Below are positions 52,522 to 64,000 of a stretch of DNA of 64,000 bases, one piece after another; the first letter of the stretch is position 1, and each line of letters opens with the position of its first letter. Under the pieces are notes generated by a model. That model saw only the letters and a list, made by a program, of their open reading frames with translations. It had not been told where the DNA came from and did not search any database. The translations under genes and the position numbers were made by a program. The DNA comes from Eremomyces bilateralis CBS 781.70 (Eukaryota), in assembly GCA_010015585.1 (NCBI GenBank), contig ML975151.1. The stretch is one strand, 5' to 3'.

Positions 52522-53140
52522 ATTGACGTAGTGGACGCCTTTTGATATGGTGACTGTGGAGATGATGTGGTTCCTGGAAGAGAAAGGAAGGATGGGCTCT
52601 GCGTAGAATGCATTCGGTGGGTGTCTTGCACATGATGGAGGCCTGAACGCCAAGCAAGCGGACCCGTGACTCTCCCATTGTTTTTCGTTTCCAACAGCAG
52701 CTGCCCGCTGGAACGCGTATTCCAACGCACCCTAGTCCGACGTGCTCGTGCAAACTTTTGCCTTTCTCTCACGCACCCAGCCTGTTCCCACGAACGACCT
52801 GTTCCCACCCACGACGCTCCCCCACCCACAATCATCCGGAGATCCCAAGGGAGTTTTGCAACTTCATTGCTAATGACTGGGAACATGTGAATTAGGCGCT
52901 ACATACAGAGCATAGAGCACTGTTTTGAGGTAAGGTAAAACTTCCTAAGCGACCATATCGCCTCATGAAGTCCGGTGCGCTGGTTAACTTCGGTATATCA
53001 TTAACGTAGCGAGGAAGGCGGGATTACAGTATATCAATTTTTGCATTGGTAGGATAACGTGACGAAATGGATGACGGTATCTAGCAACTCACTTGGTACT
53101 GAGAGATTCTCCCCCGCCTAGAATGAGACCCAATGATATA

Positions 53141-55252
53141 TAGGTTTTCCCCACCTCGTGCACGGCCCCACACAGTGCACGAAATGATATCGCGACATTC
53201 AATATGTAATTAGTTATATCTTTACCAAAATGAATCAGATTGAGCTCGCTCTTGCTGCGTTGGAGTTGGAGGAGAAACCTAATTATACTAAGACTGCAAA
53301 AGAGTATGGAATCGACCGTACAACATTATCTAGGAGACATCGCCAAAAAACCACCTCTAGGCAAGATGCGGACTTGAACAGAGGAAAACTCCATGGATTC
53401 CAGGAGAAGAAACTTGTTTCGTATATCAACGACCTCTGTAGGCGTGGTTTTCCGCCTACTACTACAATGGTACGGAACTTTGCCTGCGATATTGCGAAAC
53501 AAGACATAGGCAAGAACTGGGTCTCTAGATTCGTGGAGCGGCATGAGACGATGCTCGACGGGAGATATCTCAACGTTATCGAGTCCTCCAGGACCCGGGC
53601 GGATAAGGAGCAAGACTATCGTGATTTCTACGCCTTATTAGCCCAAAAGATTACGGAATACGACATTGATCGGGAGAATATGTACAATATGGATGAAAAG
53701 GGCTTCCTTATGGGGATCATGACCAAGATGAGACGGATCGTCTCAAAGGCGGTTTTATCGCAAAATAAGAGCCTAGGGGCCACGACGGATGGTAATCGTG
53801 AGTGGATTACCATTCTTGCATGTATCTGTGCGGATGGTTCCTGGTTACCGCCCGGTCTAATTTACCAGGCGGTTTCCGGTAATCTCCAGGACTCTTGGCT
53901 CCAGGATTTTGACACGGAGAACCACCAGGCCTTTTTTGCTTCATCTCCATCAGGATGGACGAACGATGATCTAGGATTCCATTGGTTGACTACCGTTTTT
54001 GAGCGGTATACGAAGCCGAAGGCGAGACGGAGATATCGTCTCTTGGTTATCGACGGGCACGGTAGCCATATCAATATGAGATTCCTGGATTGGTGCCACG
54101 AAAACCGTATTTTGGTATGCTGGTACCCTCCACATACCACTCATCGCCTACAACCGCTCGACGTTAGCCTGTTTTCACCTCTTGCGACCTATTATGGGCA
54201 GGAACTCAATACCTTCATATCTGAGTGCCAGGGACTCTGTTCTATCACGAAACGAGAGTTTTTTCGCTTATTTTGGGCGGCATGGCATAAAGCTTTCACT
54301 CCTGCCAATATTCGAAGTGGTTGGGAAAAAACAGGACTGGATCCACTAGATCAGTCCGTGGTCCTACAGGCTATCGGGATTAGCGAAACAACCTCTCGAC
54401 CGGGCTCAAATGCATCATCGGCAGATTCTCACCTCTCGTCAACGGACTGGAGACAGGTGAAACGGATTATCCATGGTGCTGTAGGTGATGCGGTTACTTC
54501 GGAGTCGAAAAAGCTTCTCAGCTCGGTCGCACAGCTTTCAACCGATATTACCCTCTTACGAGCGGAAAACCAGGGTCTACGAAAGGCTATCATCAACGAG
54601 AAAAAGAAACGTAAGAGGGCGAAGCCGTTATTTGAAGAGTTACGTGCTGAAACTGGTATAAAGGCACAGTTTTTCAGTCCCTCTAAGATCCAGAGAGCTC
54701 GCGAACTTCAAACACAGAGAGAACAGGAAAAGGTCGATCAAGAGGCACAAAGACAACAGGATAAGGTAGAGAGAGCACAACGCAAGATAGAGAAGGAAAA
54801 AAAGATGATAGAAAACCGTCTCCAACGAGATGAGGCACGTACAAGGAGGGCTACGGAGAAGACCCTTTTGGCGAAAGAGAGGCAGGTTAGTAAGGAGGCT
54901 CGATTAGCCACCCTCCAGATCCGCAGGGAGTCTAGATCCTTTAGAACCACCAAGAGAAAGTCTATACAGGTGGTTTCAAGGCGAAGTCTACAGCCTCACG
55001 TTATCCCCAGTGGTCAAGAAGATACAGAGGGGGGTCCTTCGTCTGGGCGCCCACGGCGTGAGAAACGCCTCCCAAAACGCCTACAGGACTACGAATTAGG
55101 TGGGAAATAAGGCTCTATCTACACAGACCTCACCACCAGCTTTTTCTACATAATTTACTTTTTTATGGGTGCGAGTAGCCTCAAAAACATATCCAAAATA
55201 TCTAGTGAAATCGTGCATTGAGTGGGACCGTGCACGACCCCGGGAAAACCCG
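53141..55252 (+). mobile_element. pogo/Fot1-like DNA transposon, full length, with TA target-site duplications
   Basis: Imperfect about 42-bp TIRs (TAGGTTTTCCCCACCTCGTGCACGGCCCCACACAGTGCACGA versus reverse complement CGGGTTTTCCCGGGGTCGTGCACGGTCCCACTCAATGCACGA) flanked by TA at 53139-40 and 55253-54. Confidence 0.92.
53230..55110 (+). CDS. pogo/Fot1 transposase, 626 aa, uninterrupted
   Basis: N-terminal HTH (TAKEYGIDRTTLSRR), CENP-B-type HTH (GKNWVSRFVERH), and DDE_1 motifs YNMDEKGF, IDGHGSH and LQPLDV. Confidence 0.93.
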   Translation: MNQIELALAALELEEKPNYTKTAKEYGIDRTTLSRRHRQKTTSRQDADLNRGKLHGFQEKKLVSYINDLCRRGFPPTTTMVRNFACDIAKQDIGKNWVSRFVERHETMLDGRYLNVIESSRTRADKEQDYRDFYALLAQKITEYDIDRENMYNMDEKGFLMGIMTKMRRIVSKAVLSQNKSLGATTDGNREWITILACICADGSWLPPGLIYQAVSGNLQDSWLQDFDTENHQAFFASSPSGWTNDDLGFHWLTTVFERYTKPKARRRYRLLVIDGHGSHINMRFLDWCHENRILVCWYPPHTTHRLQPLDVSLFSPLATYYGQELNTFISECQGLCSITKREFFRLFWAAWHKAFTPANIRSGWEKTGLDPLDQSVVLQAIGISETTSRPGSNASSADSHLSSTDWRQVKRIIHGAVGDAVTSESKKLLSSVAQLSTDITLLRAENQGLRKAIINEKKKRKRAKPLFEELRAETGIKAQFFSPSKIQRARELQTQREQEKVDQEAQRQQDKVERAQRKIEKEKKMIENRLQRDEARTRRATEKTLLAKERQVSKEARLATLQIRRESRSFRTTKRKSIQVVSRRSLQPHVIPSGQEDTEGGPSSGRPRREKRLPKRLQDYELGGK

Positions 55253-55356
55253 TATTCGAGTAAGCCCCACTAGCAATTCTGCTTCTCTTGCAATTCCCGG
55301 CGCAATAACGGAGTAGAACCCAAGAGCAGAGTCGTGAAATCATCCAAATCCCACTC

Positions 55357-57397
55357 TCAGCGCCGACGCTGTGGTGTAGATGGGTATACGGGACAATTAA
55401 AACTCATGTGTCCAAAGTCTTCGCCTAAATGTTTCAGAAAGCACAGTGTTAGAGCTTATTGTCCTATAGTGATAATTCCACAGTAGAAAAGCAGCATCAC
55501 ACAGCTGCCTTCCGTTCTTGGGGTACTTACATCGGTAACATTGTGTCTTTGGACAGCTGGGGGAAGAGTGCCCGGTTTGCTTGCACCTAGTGCAGGTGGA
55601 TGTCAAGCGGGACTGGAAAGAACTGGCAGCTTGCGGCGAACGAATGGGTGACGCGACACCGAAGCGAAGTGTATCAAGGAGGGACGGCGACGCAGCGGTC
55701 CGCGAAAGACCAGGAGCGGTTGTCCTAGTAAGACATCGTGGAGGCGTGAGCGGCGGTGATTGTGGATAGGCCGATGACGGGGCCAGCGCCTTTCTTGTTT
55801 GCGAAAATCCAAGGCGAGCCGTGTATTCAGTCTGTTTGAGGGCTGCCCCCGATCGTCAACAAGTTGAATCGGCTTGAGATCGCGAGGTCTTCCTCGGAGG
55901 CCCGCCTCCGTGTGCTGCCGGCATGCTGTGCCATCCCCCATTCAAGGTGGCCAGCAGCAAGTCTGAACGCCCGAGCGAGCTCGTTTCTGTCAATATCGTA
56001 GACCATTCGGCCCTGGCAAGTATAAGCGCCGTTAAGGATGCGCACCAAACTCAGGAAACTGAGTCGCAAGTTATACTGGAATCCAGATTGGTGCTTGAAT
56101 GGTCCAAGACGGAGAAGGCTTTTGTTCAAACCAGCAGAGGTGAATAGACCTTTCCCTCCTCTCTCGACTTGAAAGGGTGCTCTAGCTGCGCGGAGAGAGC
56201 GTAGGAACTCATTGCATCTCTTCTCCACGTTCCGTCTGAGATCTCGTATATCGCGCTCCTCTCGTTGGCGGAGCTGCTCAAACCCTTTGTCCTGTAGACG
56301 GTCGCCTCCGCGATCCAGAAACTTGATAATTTTGACGAGGATCAGCAGACAGTTGGGGAAGAGGACGTTATATCGCTCCTTCAATATGAGGTCGTAGAGA
56401 TCGTCGTTCGTCATGTCATCGTATGCACCAGATTTTAGGGAGTCCAACATCCTCGTTACATAGTCCATATATATCTGAAATCGCTCGCGTTGAAAGTCGT
56501 GCTTAGTCCACCTTGGCTGGTCCTGCTTATCTTAGGGACAAGAGCAATGTTAGCAGTCAATCTCCACAGATTATGACAAGAAAATAAAGAATCGGAAACA
56601 GTCTCCTAACCTTCTATGTCTTTCCGGACTATTGCAGTACAGTTTTCGCGCACATCAGTCATCCAAGGACTCCTTTTCCAGGTGCCATTGGCTCGACGGA
56701 ATGCTTGCATTGCCTCAATAATGAAGAGGCTCCGCAATGCGCTTTTGTCTTCGAGATAGTTAAGCGCATAGCTCGGATGGAAGCCGTTCACACAGGTGTA
56801 ACGTTGGCCTTGGACCGTGACTCGATAATCGCGGGTGCGTCCTATTCCGATGCACTGGAAGCCTTTATACTTGGTAGAATGCGGGCTGCGATAACAGCAG
56901 AACACCACATCTGGCTGCTTCTGTTGGATCATCTCAAGGAATATGGCATATGCTTCATTGAGTTCTTCCTAATATTCGTCCAGGCTTTTGCTCACAGGGA
57001 TCTTGTGGAAGGGGAACGCGTCGAAGCAGCTTATCTTCTCCAGGCCACACCCAGTAACTGTCTTGCAGACTTCGTCCACGGCGTCCAAAGTATCGCAGTC
57101 CTTCACGGTTTGGTGGTGATCGGAGAAATAACGTTGATGCTCTGCAGGCTGCTGAAGGACAATCACGACACCGCCTTTCGTCTCCGGCATGGCTAGCCAC
57201 TTTGCAAATTTGGCCTCCTTGTCGGAAATATCTTCTCCATTATTTTGAAGACAGCGGCCATAACTCTCAATTGCTCGAGCATGGCCTCCAGGACTAACGA
57301 AGGGATCTGGGGTTGCAAGTCTAGTACCGAGAAGGGGTTCAAGCCGATGATCAATTGGAACCCCCAGACACGAACCCGGCAATCGAACATCCGCCAT
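55357..57397 (-). pseudogene. Uracil-DNA-glycosylase-like domain + helical region + two CCHC zinc knuckles; 2 introns, one nonsense codon, one frameshift
   Basis: VVIVLQQP, CFDAFPF, KQPDVVFCC and NGFHPSYALN resemble UDG-fold motifs; CTRCKQTGHSSPSC and spliced CYRCEDFGHMSFNC are CX2CX4HX4C. Introns 56610-56531 and 55530-55425; in-frame TAG at 56971-56969; frameshift near the C run 55846-55850. Confidence 0.65.
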
Positions 57398-58145
57398 AAT
57401 CCCTATGTAGATACCCGTGAACTACTGGAAATAGGGTTCAGACGAATCCTCTCTTTCCTTAGCGCCGGCATGGTGCCGTATATGTAGCCGATGGGATCTT
57501 AGACGAGGCTGGCAGCGTAGATGGCGGCGGCGCAGCAAAATGCAGGCTGCCTTCTCTGTTCATCCACGTCTCAGTCAAGACTAGGATTCGCTCACGGCGT
57601 CAAGCAGGCCAACAGATTTAGGAGAGAAAAGCCCGCATGAGGACGCGTTCGGAATGATTGGCTGTGATTGACGATAATGGATTCCTATACCAATCAGCGC
57701 AGGCGATACGCCAACTTAGTTGATAGATGATTGCCCAGTGACTCCCTCGAAAAGTGCAGAACACCCAGCCTCCACATGGTAAGGGTTAGCAGCGGGTGAT
57801 TGGGTTGACCTATTGCAAGGTACCTTGAACTGAATCTATGTTTACAAAAGGACAAAAGGCGCAGCCGGTTTTGCAAACTACTGAGTCGATTGAGTATACC
57901 GTGGACAGGTACTGTACGACAGCTCACACTACAGGGACGGGAGCGAGGTGGGGATTTTGACAGTCTGGGACTATACAAAAGGAAGGTTAAGAATAATCAG
58001 CGCGACAGTTGGGTGAAGTTAATCTGCACAACCCATGGCCGGCCCAGCCCGTAATGGCAGCCCGTAATGGTTCGGTCCGCAGGCACTACGGTAGAGCACC
58101 CTAGAGTAACCCCCGCAATCCGAATTGACAGTTTGGAGTATTTCT

Positions 58146-58614
58146 ATCGATAAGTCCAACAACCCTGAGCTGTCGAAGGCCATCAACTCTGTTTCGATGG
58201 TACCGCGATGCGACGCGCTGCTACCTCTATCCGTCGGATGTATCAGAGCCAGCCCCTAATACAAACAACTCGCATTCGCCACCTTAGGAGACGGACTTTC
58301 GGCGAAGTCGATGGTTTAGGAGAGGCTGGACGCTTCAAGAGCTGATCGCTCCTATGGTAGTCGAGTATTTCTCTAAAGACCGAGTGTGGCTAGGAAACAA
58401 GAGATCGCTCGAACGGCAGATTCGCGAAATCACCGGAATTCCTGCCGCGTCGAGGAGGAGCATTCTCTCAACTTAGCGTAAAAGAACAACTGTTATGGGC
58501 TCAAGGTCGCGAGACAACGGAAGGCGGAAGACCAAGCATACTCATTGCTGGGGATTTTCGGGGTGAAGCATGGCAATGATTTACGGGGAAGGAATAGACG
58601 AAGCGTTCCGACTC
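58146..58614 (+). pseudogene. HET-domain (heterokaryon incompatibility, HET-E-like N-terminus) remnant, 5'-truncated and frameshifted
   Basis: IDKSNNPELSKAINS/FRWYRDATRCY, FRRSRWFRRGWTLQELIAP, EDQAYSLLGIF and IYGEG. Confidence 0.85.
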
Positions 58615-58984
58615 ATATCAGCTTACTAAGAGTGCGATCTTGGCGGGAAACTTCCCGCCAAGATCGCATTTGCACGTGATCGGCCCGATTCCTCTTACTA
58701 ATTATGTGTTTCGAGGTTTACGTCACAGAGTCGTTCATCTTATCTCCAGATCGCTCTTCAGTAACCTTCCCCCACTGCGAGATGGAACGCCGGCCGGGCT
58801 GGAACGAATTCAAGGATCTTTGACTTCGAACCAGCTCAGAAGCTCTACGCACATTATAGCTCTTATAAATCTACGCAAATTGCACTCTTTAGTCGTTCTC
58901 GACATGCGAAACTATGGGATGACCGGCTCCAAGTTTCGTCTTTCGAGTTAGGTCGACGCCAGGTTGGCCACGCTGGTCAGCGTG

Positions 58985-60651
58985 TCAGGATGTTCCTGTA
59001 ACGGACGGTCCAGAATCTGCTTTGTTCCGCCGTGACTGAGATTTGACCCTCTTCGAATAGGAAAAGTCGCTTGAGTGTCTCACTGATGAGACACTTTCAG
59101 TCGAAGTAGTGCTAATGCGACGGTTGTGCATGTTGGGGGTCAGTTGGTCACTCCGTCGACCGAAATCAGCTTTCGGAGAGTCTGGAGCTCTCTGACTGCA
59201 TTCCAATCTCGCTGCAATGACAGCTTTTTGGGTAAGAAATAGTGCCCGTCCCGGGAAACAGATCTCTGGTCCGACCAAGATCTGCGGAAACAACACTGCT
59301 ATTGGGCCATCCATTACTGATTTCCAGGGTTCTGGCCGATCATTGAGCGCTACTTTATCATACTCGGGTCGACCGTGGTCCTCGAAGTTCCAGCCAACTG
59401 TATCAAGATCGGCTTGAAAAGTGGCCGGTTTAGGACCTTTCTGGAGCTGCTTCCATATCTCAATGGCATTTCCGAAGAAGGTTGTCAATTCCCTAGAGAA
59501 ATATTCCTTATTCTGACTTGTTAGCCATGCGTCAAGTCTTTCAAGCACAAATTGCATTGCACAGCCCGATATGGAGTCGGTCTCTTGCTGTACATCAAAG
59601 ACGCTAGCGATTTGGTATCGCACGATGTCCGCTCGGTCAGGTTGTATCGTGCTTAGCCAATCAAGCGCCTTTACTAGCGCGGCCAGTTCGGTGTCGGTGC
59701 TCTTCGAAAGGTAGAAGGGCTTGAAGATATACTTGCAAAGAGCTTGGGAGATAATGGCCTCAGCAATGGCACTGCGCATACATAGCGCTGGTTCTGTATT
59801 CGACGGTACTTGCAATATCCTCCGCGAGGAGGCTGCAGCCTCAATGTTGACCACCTAACTGATTTTAGCGTCGCGAAGTCCTGAATGTTTCTGTTGACTC
59901 ACGCAAGGGTCTGGAATTTTCTGGTGAAAGCAGTGCCACGCCAATTTATGTACGGTACCGTCTAGCTCAGAGAAGGTGCTTTCTCTTCGAGGCAGTGGTA
60001 TGTTAGCTACAATGCTGAGGCATAGCGGGCGGGTATCTTTGAAACATACATCTGACTCTGTTCGAAATTCAGGATGCCGATTTGACTCTGCAGTTCCTCC
60101 ACTTCTCTTTTACAGTTGTCGAAGTTGGCTGTAATCCTCTCCACCGTCAACCTCTCTATTTCTAGGTCGTGTTTGAGCCCGACGATGTCATCTTGATCTT
60201 TATCATACCGCTTCTTGTATTTTGATATCTCAGCTCGGAGCTGTCGAAGCTGCTGGCTGGTGCTCTCGCATTTTCTCCGTTCCAGCCCAAGCTCTTCCTG
60301 CAGCAGAGAAGCTACCTCATCTTCTCTTCGCTTCGATTCGCCTTTCCATTTTTCATACCCAGCTATGAACTCTTCTTTGAGCAGTCCCTTTTCCGTTCTT
60401 AGCTTGACCACTTCTTTTTGCAGGGCTTCGATGGCTTTCTCTTTACTTCCAATGATCTGGTGCTTCTCTGCCGTCTCTTGCTCTAACGCCGACAATTTGG
60501 TACAAATATTTTCATAATCCAAAATTCCGTCAGAGAATTTTAACAATTCCTCAACCTCACGGCGAATTGTCGAAAGACGCGTTAAGACCGGCTTGCTTAA
60601 TGCTCTCTTTGCAGATCCTGTCGAAGATGATTGCTTGCTCTTATCTGCCAT
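58985..60651 (-). CDS. Hypothetical protein with N-terminal coiled coil, 3 exons
   Basis: ORFs 60007-60657 (E/K/Q-rich heptads) and 58985-59854 are joined by GT-AG introns and a small middle exon; no catalytic motif recognised. Confidence 0.6.
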
Positions 60652-62251
60652 TTCCAAACAAGGGTGATTGGATCAGTAGCAGGAAATTCCATAGTACTGG
60701 GAAAGGAAGGTCTTAAATAGCCGCACTTCCGGTCACTCAATGCGTAGAGACTGGTAGTTGGAGGACCAGCCCACCCTGTAGCTTTCTGAGTATGCAACCC
60801 CGCCTGCTCCTCGGGGAACCAACCAATAATATATCGGTCCTTGCGTCAATTGGTGCATACTGCGTGTTTACGTGGCACTAGTTGCGGCTGGTGCCGCAAT
60901 CGCGGTATTATTTGGGTGACATGATTTGGCATCGTGATGAGTCCGATTGATGGTTTGCAGGAGAGCAGGCTGTTCTTGGTGTACTACCAAGGCTGCAAAG
61001 GTGCTGTGTTGTTGTGGCTAGGTTTGTCATTCCATCGCTTTCCATCATCCGCAACACCACCTCTTCCCCAATGGTCGTCGAGGGCAAATGGGCATAAGCA
61101 CGTCAGTAAATCCTCAAAACACTACTTCATTGGCCCTCTGTTACTTCGTTGAATTTTCTCATCCCTTTGATATTGTTACATGGAAGGAAGGACGAATGAT
61201 GCCCTACCAGACTCCCGTAATTTCTCTTCCCCTGCCTCTGGTGCCGCGCACATAGACGAGCTTAAGCTGACACTTCAGAGAGATGGACCTTCCCGACCTT
61301 CCTTACGAGTTACTCCTTTCCATAAGCGGCTTACTAGAGCGGTTTTGCTATATCAACGCCCTGGCCCAAACCAACCAGCGACAGTATTAGGAAAGGCAGA
61401 CACATGAATTCATGAAATCCACCATCTATCAGACGATCGTTACTTAGGGGTGAGCACCTATCGGCTTCCCTTGAACAATCTCCCTTCCTACCCCGGCCAA
61501 GCTTGACGTTCACGCCGAAGGAGACATATTTGACTCCGGTCTCCGCTGGAAGGAACCGATGATCGTGGAACGGTCGCGCGATGGTCGTGGGAGACGGCTG
61601 TGAGTCTGGGTCCCCCACGACTGCCTTGGACGGTTACATGTGATAATAGGATTCTCTACATCTGTACTGATGGTACTGGCAGCTACTAAATCTTCTGTCT
61701 TCTGGAGTGGCCCAAAGCACTACTGCGTTCCTATTTCCATTGTCGTGATACCGAAAGACGTGCTCATGGACCAGAATACTCAGTAAGACGATTGCGAAGA
61801 ATGAACGAAGGGGCACAACCGACACCAACGGATGATCCTGGATAGAGACACTGGTCGAGGGTGTGGAAGGCTCTCGTAGTGTTTGCACCTATCTGATCTA
61901 TATTATGTAAATATGGTCCGCCAAGATCACTATGCCATCTTCCTACTCATTCACTCATTGGCCTTGCTTTGGTCGTTAGTAAGATCCACTGGATGAATGC
62001 AACTTCAAGGCCAGTAATACTGCCCGGATGCCATCGATCACTCCCATATTACTGGGCTTGGCTGCTTCTGCACATCGCTTGAGAAGCCTGCCTTTATAAA
62101 TTTTCGATGCTGGAGGCGGAGACGTAGAGGTTGTGTCTACGGATGACCTTGGCCTACTTGAGACAAATGATTCTCATTGAAATTCCCGATATGGTTTCCG
62201 CCCCCTTCTTGGCGTTAAATATATCTCCTGCGTGTGGCTAAAACGACTTTT

Positions 62252-63110
62252 CTACTTAAAAGAAAGCTTGATAGTGTCGGCTGGAATAAAGATTTGCTGC
62301 AGGCCATGTCGATACTCAGTCATTTCCCTCTCTTTGTTTTGTGTGTATGCAGCAATCGTGCTCAATGTGTCCTCTCCCGGCAAATGTGTCGTGACGGAAC
62401 AACCTCCCACAATGCATTCGGATACTGCATTTAACATCCCACAAATCTGTAGCCCTCTTGGATAGGTATGTGTGATGTACGTTAGCAGAGCCTCCATCAT
62501 CCGATCAGTAAAACTAGTATCGTTCCTATCTAGGCGTTTAGTGCAAGAATTGAAAATAAGTCGAGGGAAGCACTTACATGGTAGTTGTTAAGCTCGCGCT
62601 ACATATCAACAAGAGGCCTATTCCAAAATGATGGACCAGGATGGACCATTTCCTACCTATCTGTTTATGCTTTTGAAGAGAGTTTCGACGTTTTCTCCTG
62701 GTCTTTGGATCATTCTGTATCTCCTGAGGATACATATCCTCCAGGATTTTATCGATCGCAACACTGGTAACATCCCGGCCAGGGGAACACAGGCTTAGCA
62801 TATACGGATCGCTACGGCAGTCTTCATAAAATTGCTCCGAGTACTGGTAGAGAAGAAGCCTCGCCATTCGAAGTCGAACATGGTCGAAAACAGAGCGTTG
62901 TTTAACGGTTTCGACGCTACGAAAAGCCCGGTAGAGCTTCTTACTCACTGGGCCAGTAGACGTAGGATCAGGAGCTATATCCTGGCACCAAAACTGTGTC
63001 CAAACATTGCTGCGATGGAACGAAAGAAAGCTTGCAGGATCCTCATGGATAAAGAAGTCAGCAGTTTTGATGACTCTTATTATTTTGTCGATGGTAAGAG
63101 ATTTGTCACC
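62252..63110 (-). CDS. Hypothetical protein (possibly degenerate; 5' end uncertain)
   Basis: ORFs 62574-62948 (VRLRMARLLLYQY...KHKQIGRKWSILVHHFGIGLLL) and 62252-62500 are separated by a GTAAGT intron; the upstream frame has stops. Confidence 0.45.
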
Positions 63111-64000
63111 ATGGTCTCCGTAAAATTAAGGTTAGGGCGTTAAGAGCTCTAAGATACGGCGTGCCTGCACATGATGGTGTTGGTATGTTGCTGCACAATG
63201 GAGATCCACTGCTAAGCTGAGCTCGGCGAGGCAACATTCATCTCAGACTGATCAGCATTCTCTATCTCTTTCGGTTGCCCAGGGGCGGAGGGTAGTCCTG
63301 GGGATGGTGAAGGTGAAGAATTTGGAGCTGACAAAGTGACCAGATCCTGGCCTGAGTCCTGAGTGTTGCTCATAACTTGGTCCTGAAGATCCCATTACCA
63401 GTTATCAGCATTTACGGACAATAGAGAAGGATCTTCTAGTCTAGTAGAGATAATGGTGACGATACAATTGCTATTACAAGGCATCGAGTTAAAGAAATAT
63501 AAGTTAGCATGTAAAGGCTCGAGAAACAATCGTGGCATATTCTAGACACAGGCATCGGCTAAATTTAGCAATGTTCAAAATCAAGCTCATGCTAGACCCT
63601 CGAAACAAATCACCCCTGTCTTCAGGGCCCTGAAGACAGGGGTAATGCAAGGCTCTAAAAGCGCATGGAAACAACACGTCGTCTTTGCCTGGAGCCCCTT
63701 TGGGCCACTGTACTGATGACGTCATGTATCTAACATTACAAGTACGATTCCTATCGTTTCATGCACTTCGGTGCTTAACCTCCCTCCCTGTGTGCCGGGC
63801 ACCCCTGCTTGCCGAGCAAAACCATTGGTACTTTGACTTCAATGCAAGCCAGACACTGCACAGATATCAATACTTCTATAGTTCAGTTTAAATATTGCGC
63901 TGTAGCTATCTATTAACATTCGAGACCTTCCTATCGCGAAAACTTACGTTGGCGTGGTCGCATTCGAGCCTGGTTTCCGGAGAGTCTCCCATCTTAGCAC

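Noticed and set aside
63930..64000. Minus-strand GATGGGAGAC resembling 5S rRNA box C
   Set aside because: The rest of the 5S sequence does not follow. It reads equally well as an exon ending at a GTAAGT donor of a degenerate gene cut by the window edge.
36400..64000. Starship captain (DUF3435 tyrosine recombinase) or LTR/LINE reverse transcriptase
   Set aside because: No ORF with tyrosine-recombinase or reverse-transcriptase motifs was seen. The CCHC knuckles at 55.4-55.6 kb are intron-split and not followed by pol, so they are not a retroelement gag.

Overview
Genomic DNA from a filamentous ascomycete (short GT-AG introns with CTAAC/CTGAC branch sites, fungal gene families). The window has two halves. 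From 1 to about 36.4 kb it is a gene-dense core region: RPS28, HIS1, an intron-containing tRNA-Leu(UAA), a PpoC-like dioxygenase-P450 fusion divergent from a DUF2235 lipase-like gene, an HLTF/Rad5-like helicase, a Dal5-type MFS transporter, EHD3, TUF1, TRM3, a short kinesin-3 and VPS16. A dead Tc1 element and two MITE-like elements interrupt it. From about 36.4 kb to the end it is an accessory, transposon-rich island: a multi-intron, ORF-poor repeat locus, a RIP-damaged MULE, a piggyBac with an open ORF, a MITE, a secreted PhoD phosphatase, a small fungal kinase, a pogo/Fot1 element with an intact ORF, a HET remnant and orphan genes. The most notable candidates are (1) a spliced gene joining a uracil-DNA-glycosylase-like domain to two CCHC zinc knuckles, (2) the heavily spliced, apparently non-coding locus built from repeated exon-intron modules, and (3) the head-to-head lipase-like / oxylipin-synthase pair. 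All calls come from reading motifs by eye; no database searches were run, and exon boundaries are manual.
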